Assembly: GCA_030295235.1 (NCBI GenBank)
Contig: AP026153.1
Coordinates: 62,001-126,000 of the forward strand
DNA from: Fistulifera solaris
Taxonomy: Eukaryota
Direction: 5' to 3'
DNA length: 64,000 nucleotides
Every line of letters starts with the position of its first letter. Position 1 is the first letter of the stretch. The position numbers were made by a program, and so were the translations under genes. Below the pieces are notes generated by a model that saw only the letters and a program-made list of their open reading frames with translations, ran no database searches and was not told where the DNA came from. This document shows, piece by piece, positions 62,465 to 64,000 of the stretch.

Positions 62465-64000
62465 ATGGGAGCCTTTATCGATTCGATCGACGAAGCGGTC
62501 AACGAATCACCCATTGGGCGATTCTTTGATCTCAAAGAACGAGGCAGCAAGTTATCGATCGAGTTTCGTGGAGCATTGGCCACTTTCATGAGCATGGCCT
62601 ACATTCTTGCCGTCAATCCGCGCATTATTTCCGATAGTGGCGGCCCCTGTCCCTTTCCGGAAAGTGGTAACTTGTTTGAACCTGAATATTCCGCGTGCAT
62701 TGAGGGCGTCAAAAGGAATTGATTACATCTACAGCTCTCGCTAGTATGTTCGGGTGCTTCGCCATGGGACTCGGTGCAAACTTGCCAGTGGCTTTAGCAC
62801 CGGGTATGGGTATGAATGGTATGTACATTTTTGATTCCTCTTTTCCATCGGCATTTCTATACTCACTGGTAATCGCGATGTATCTTTCAGCTTACTTCAC
62901 GTATAGGTGAGAAGAATTTGCGTGTTCATGTCGTTATAGCTCGCTTTCACTGACAAAGCTGCTTCATTTTCATAATTACAGTGTGGTTGGATTCCGCGGA
63001 ACAGGCAACATTTCGTATGAATCCGCGTGCACCGCTGTCTTGATTGAAGGCTTTATCTTCCTTTTCCTTGCAGTGACTGGTATTCGTTACTGGATCATCA
63101 AATTCATTCCTGAACCGGTTCGTTTGGCTACGCCGGCGGCCATCGGGGCGTTTCTGGCGCATTTGGGATTGCAGACAGCGGAAGGCATCGGATTGGTGGT
63201 CTCGGACATAGCGACGGCTGTGACTTTAGGAGCGTGTCCCCTTTCGAAACGGACCCCGATTGTGGCGCTCACACCGGATTGTGCCGCCAATACCAACTTT
63301 TGTGTGACGAGCGATGCTTACACTTGTGACGACGAAGGAGGGGTCATGACATCAGCCATGACATGGCTTGGGCTTCTGGGTATGGCCATTATGCTCATCT
63401 TGCTTGCATACAGGTAAGAGAAGCAACATGTATCTGAATCTGTCGGACAGTCAAGGTAATAGTCTCACTTTTCGTCACTTCATTCTCTGCAATCACAAGA
63501 TGGCGCTCGGCTTTTATTGTTGGCATCTCGTTTGTCACGTTTATATCGTGGTTCCGTGACACTGCTGTTACATATTTCCCGAATGACGACATCGGCGACG
63601 CACGCTTCGAGTATTTCAAACAGGTTGTCTCGATAGAGCCCTTGGATAAAGTCTTAGCACCCTTCACCAACGAACTGAGCGACGCCGGCGTGGCTCTATT
63701 CACGTTTCTTTACGTTGACTTTCTTGATACCAGTGTAAGGCTTATGTTTGTTTCAATTCGATCTGTATACAAACACTCATCGTGGTTTATTTTTCAGGGA
63801 ACTCTCTTAGGAATTGTGTCAGCAATGGGCTACGTAAACGAGGAAGGAGATTTTCCCAAATCGTATTTTGCTTACAGCGCCGATGCTCTTGCCACCATTT
63901 TTGGCAGTATTTTCGGCCTTAGCCCTGTAACATCGTACATTGAAAGTGGAAGTGGTGTGGAAGCTGGCAGTCGTACAGGTTTGACTGCTGTATTTTGTGG
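62465..64000 (+). CDS. AzgA-type adenine/guanine permease (runs off window)
   Basis: GALATFMSMAYILAVNP, ANLPVALAPGMGMNAYFTY, LYVDFLDTSGT, FGLSPVTSYIESGSGVEAGSRTGLTA. Introns include 62819-62890 and 62907-62981. Confidence 0.9.

Overview
Gene-dense eukaryotic DNA with short GT-AG introns and bipartite plastid-type leaders, most consistent with a diatom; the species cannot be determined from the sequence. Single-base frameshifts occur in many genes, including essential ones, and look like assembly errors. There are about 28 protein genes. These include two intron-containing DUF1800-DUF1501 fusion paralogs that carry a cytochrome-b5-like bis-His insert, CLEC16A/TT9, COA5, a DHHC palmitoyltransferase, Spt3, FHA-RINGv, ArgRS, an RlmJ-like methyltransferase, REEP/Yop1, eIF1, a USP, PRCC and AzgA. 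Two pairs of uncharacterised microprotein paralogs are also present. Mobile DNA comprises a ~8-9 kb Helitron-like Rep-Pif1 element, two different hAT-like elements sitting head-to-head in identical GTCGTCAG targets beside what look like excision footprints, and a PIF/Harbinger-like non-autonomous element. No tRNA, rRNA or CRISPR array was recognised.
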